This document shows positions 63,575-64,000 of a stretch of DNA of 64,000 nt, one piece after another. Numbering within the stretch: position 1 is the first letter of the stretch; every line of letters begins with the position of its first letter. The DNA is from Felis catus. Lineage: Eukaryota. Below the pieces are notes generated by a model that was not told the DNA's origin, did not search any database, and worked only from the letters and a program-made list of their open reading frames with translations. The stretch spans positions 161,574,001 to 161,638,000 of the forward strand of contig NC_058368.1 of the NCBI RefSeq assembly GCF_018350175.1. Direction: 5' to 3'. The position numbers were made by a program, and so were the translations under genes.

Positions 63575-64000
63575 GTGATGAGCAAGACTATGTCAAATTA
63601 AGGGAATGAGGGTTGACATGTAGAAAGAGAATAAATAGTATGTGGAAGTGAAACTGAACTTTTGTCTCTGTTTAGGATTAAATCTCAGAGATTGGTGCAT
63701 GGATTTCTGAGTGAGATGGGGAAGGTACATGGGGCAAAAAAAGGAGGGCTTTGAAACAGAGGTTAAGGAGTCTTGAATTTGTCAGAAGGCTGATGGCTTT
63801 ACAAACAAGGGGTGGATATCATTGGTTTTGTCTCTGAATCAGCTTCTGTGTGCAAATAGAGTAATAGAGGCATGGAGACCAGCACAAACTACTTTTAGTA
63901 GTATTGTAGTATCTCAGAATATTATATCAGCAAAGGGATTGGAAAGAAATCTCTGTATTTAAGAGGTATTTAGCCATTATAAGTAACGATATTTGGTTAT
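63575..64000 (-). mobile_element. Degenerate L2
   Basis: gagggctttgaaacagaggttaaggagtcttgaattt...acaaggggtggatatcattggttttg. Confidence 0.6.

Noticed and set aside
1..64000. CRISPR arrays, operons or other prokaryotic systems
   Set aside because: The sequence is mammalian; there are no regularly spaced repeat-spacer arrays or dense coding regions.

Overview
AT-rich mammalian genomic DNA from a carnivore, almost certainly a felid, judged from the SINEC_Fc-type Can-SINEs and L1_Fc-type LINE-1 ends. The window is intronic or intergenic, and I could not identify any host protein-coding gene. Nearly all ORFs in the track are L1 remnants, SINE read-throughs or chance ORFs. It contains about 21 Can-SINEs, about 11 LINE-1 pieces, many old MIR/L2/L3 fragments, MaLR LTRs, DNA-transposon MITEs (MER44, MER58, MER63, MER94, MER5, MER112/113-like) and microsatellites. 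The most interesting observations are: (1) a TSD-bounded L1 at 28207-33765 that keeps its extreme 5' end but appears to lack the GC-rich 5'UTR core, joined at CAG|AAAG, which suggests a spliced-then-retrotransposed L1 (SpIRE-like); (2) three independent insertions at the same internal position of Can-SINEs; (3) a head-to-head SINE pair at a near-palindromic target; (4) candidate non-coding exons and a recursive-splice-site motif on the minus strand; (5) a dense STAT/NF-kB-like motif cluster. Repeat family names come from recognising the sequence, not from a database search, and boundaries of old repeats are approximate.
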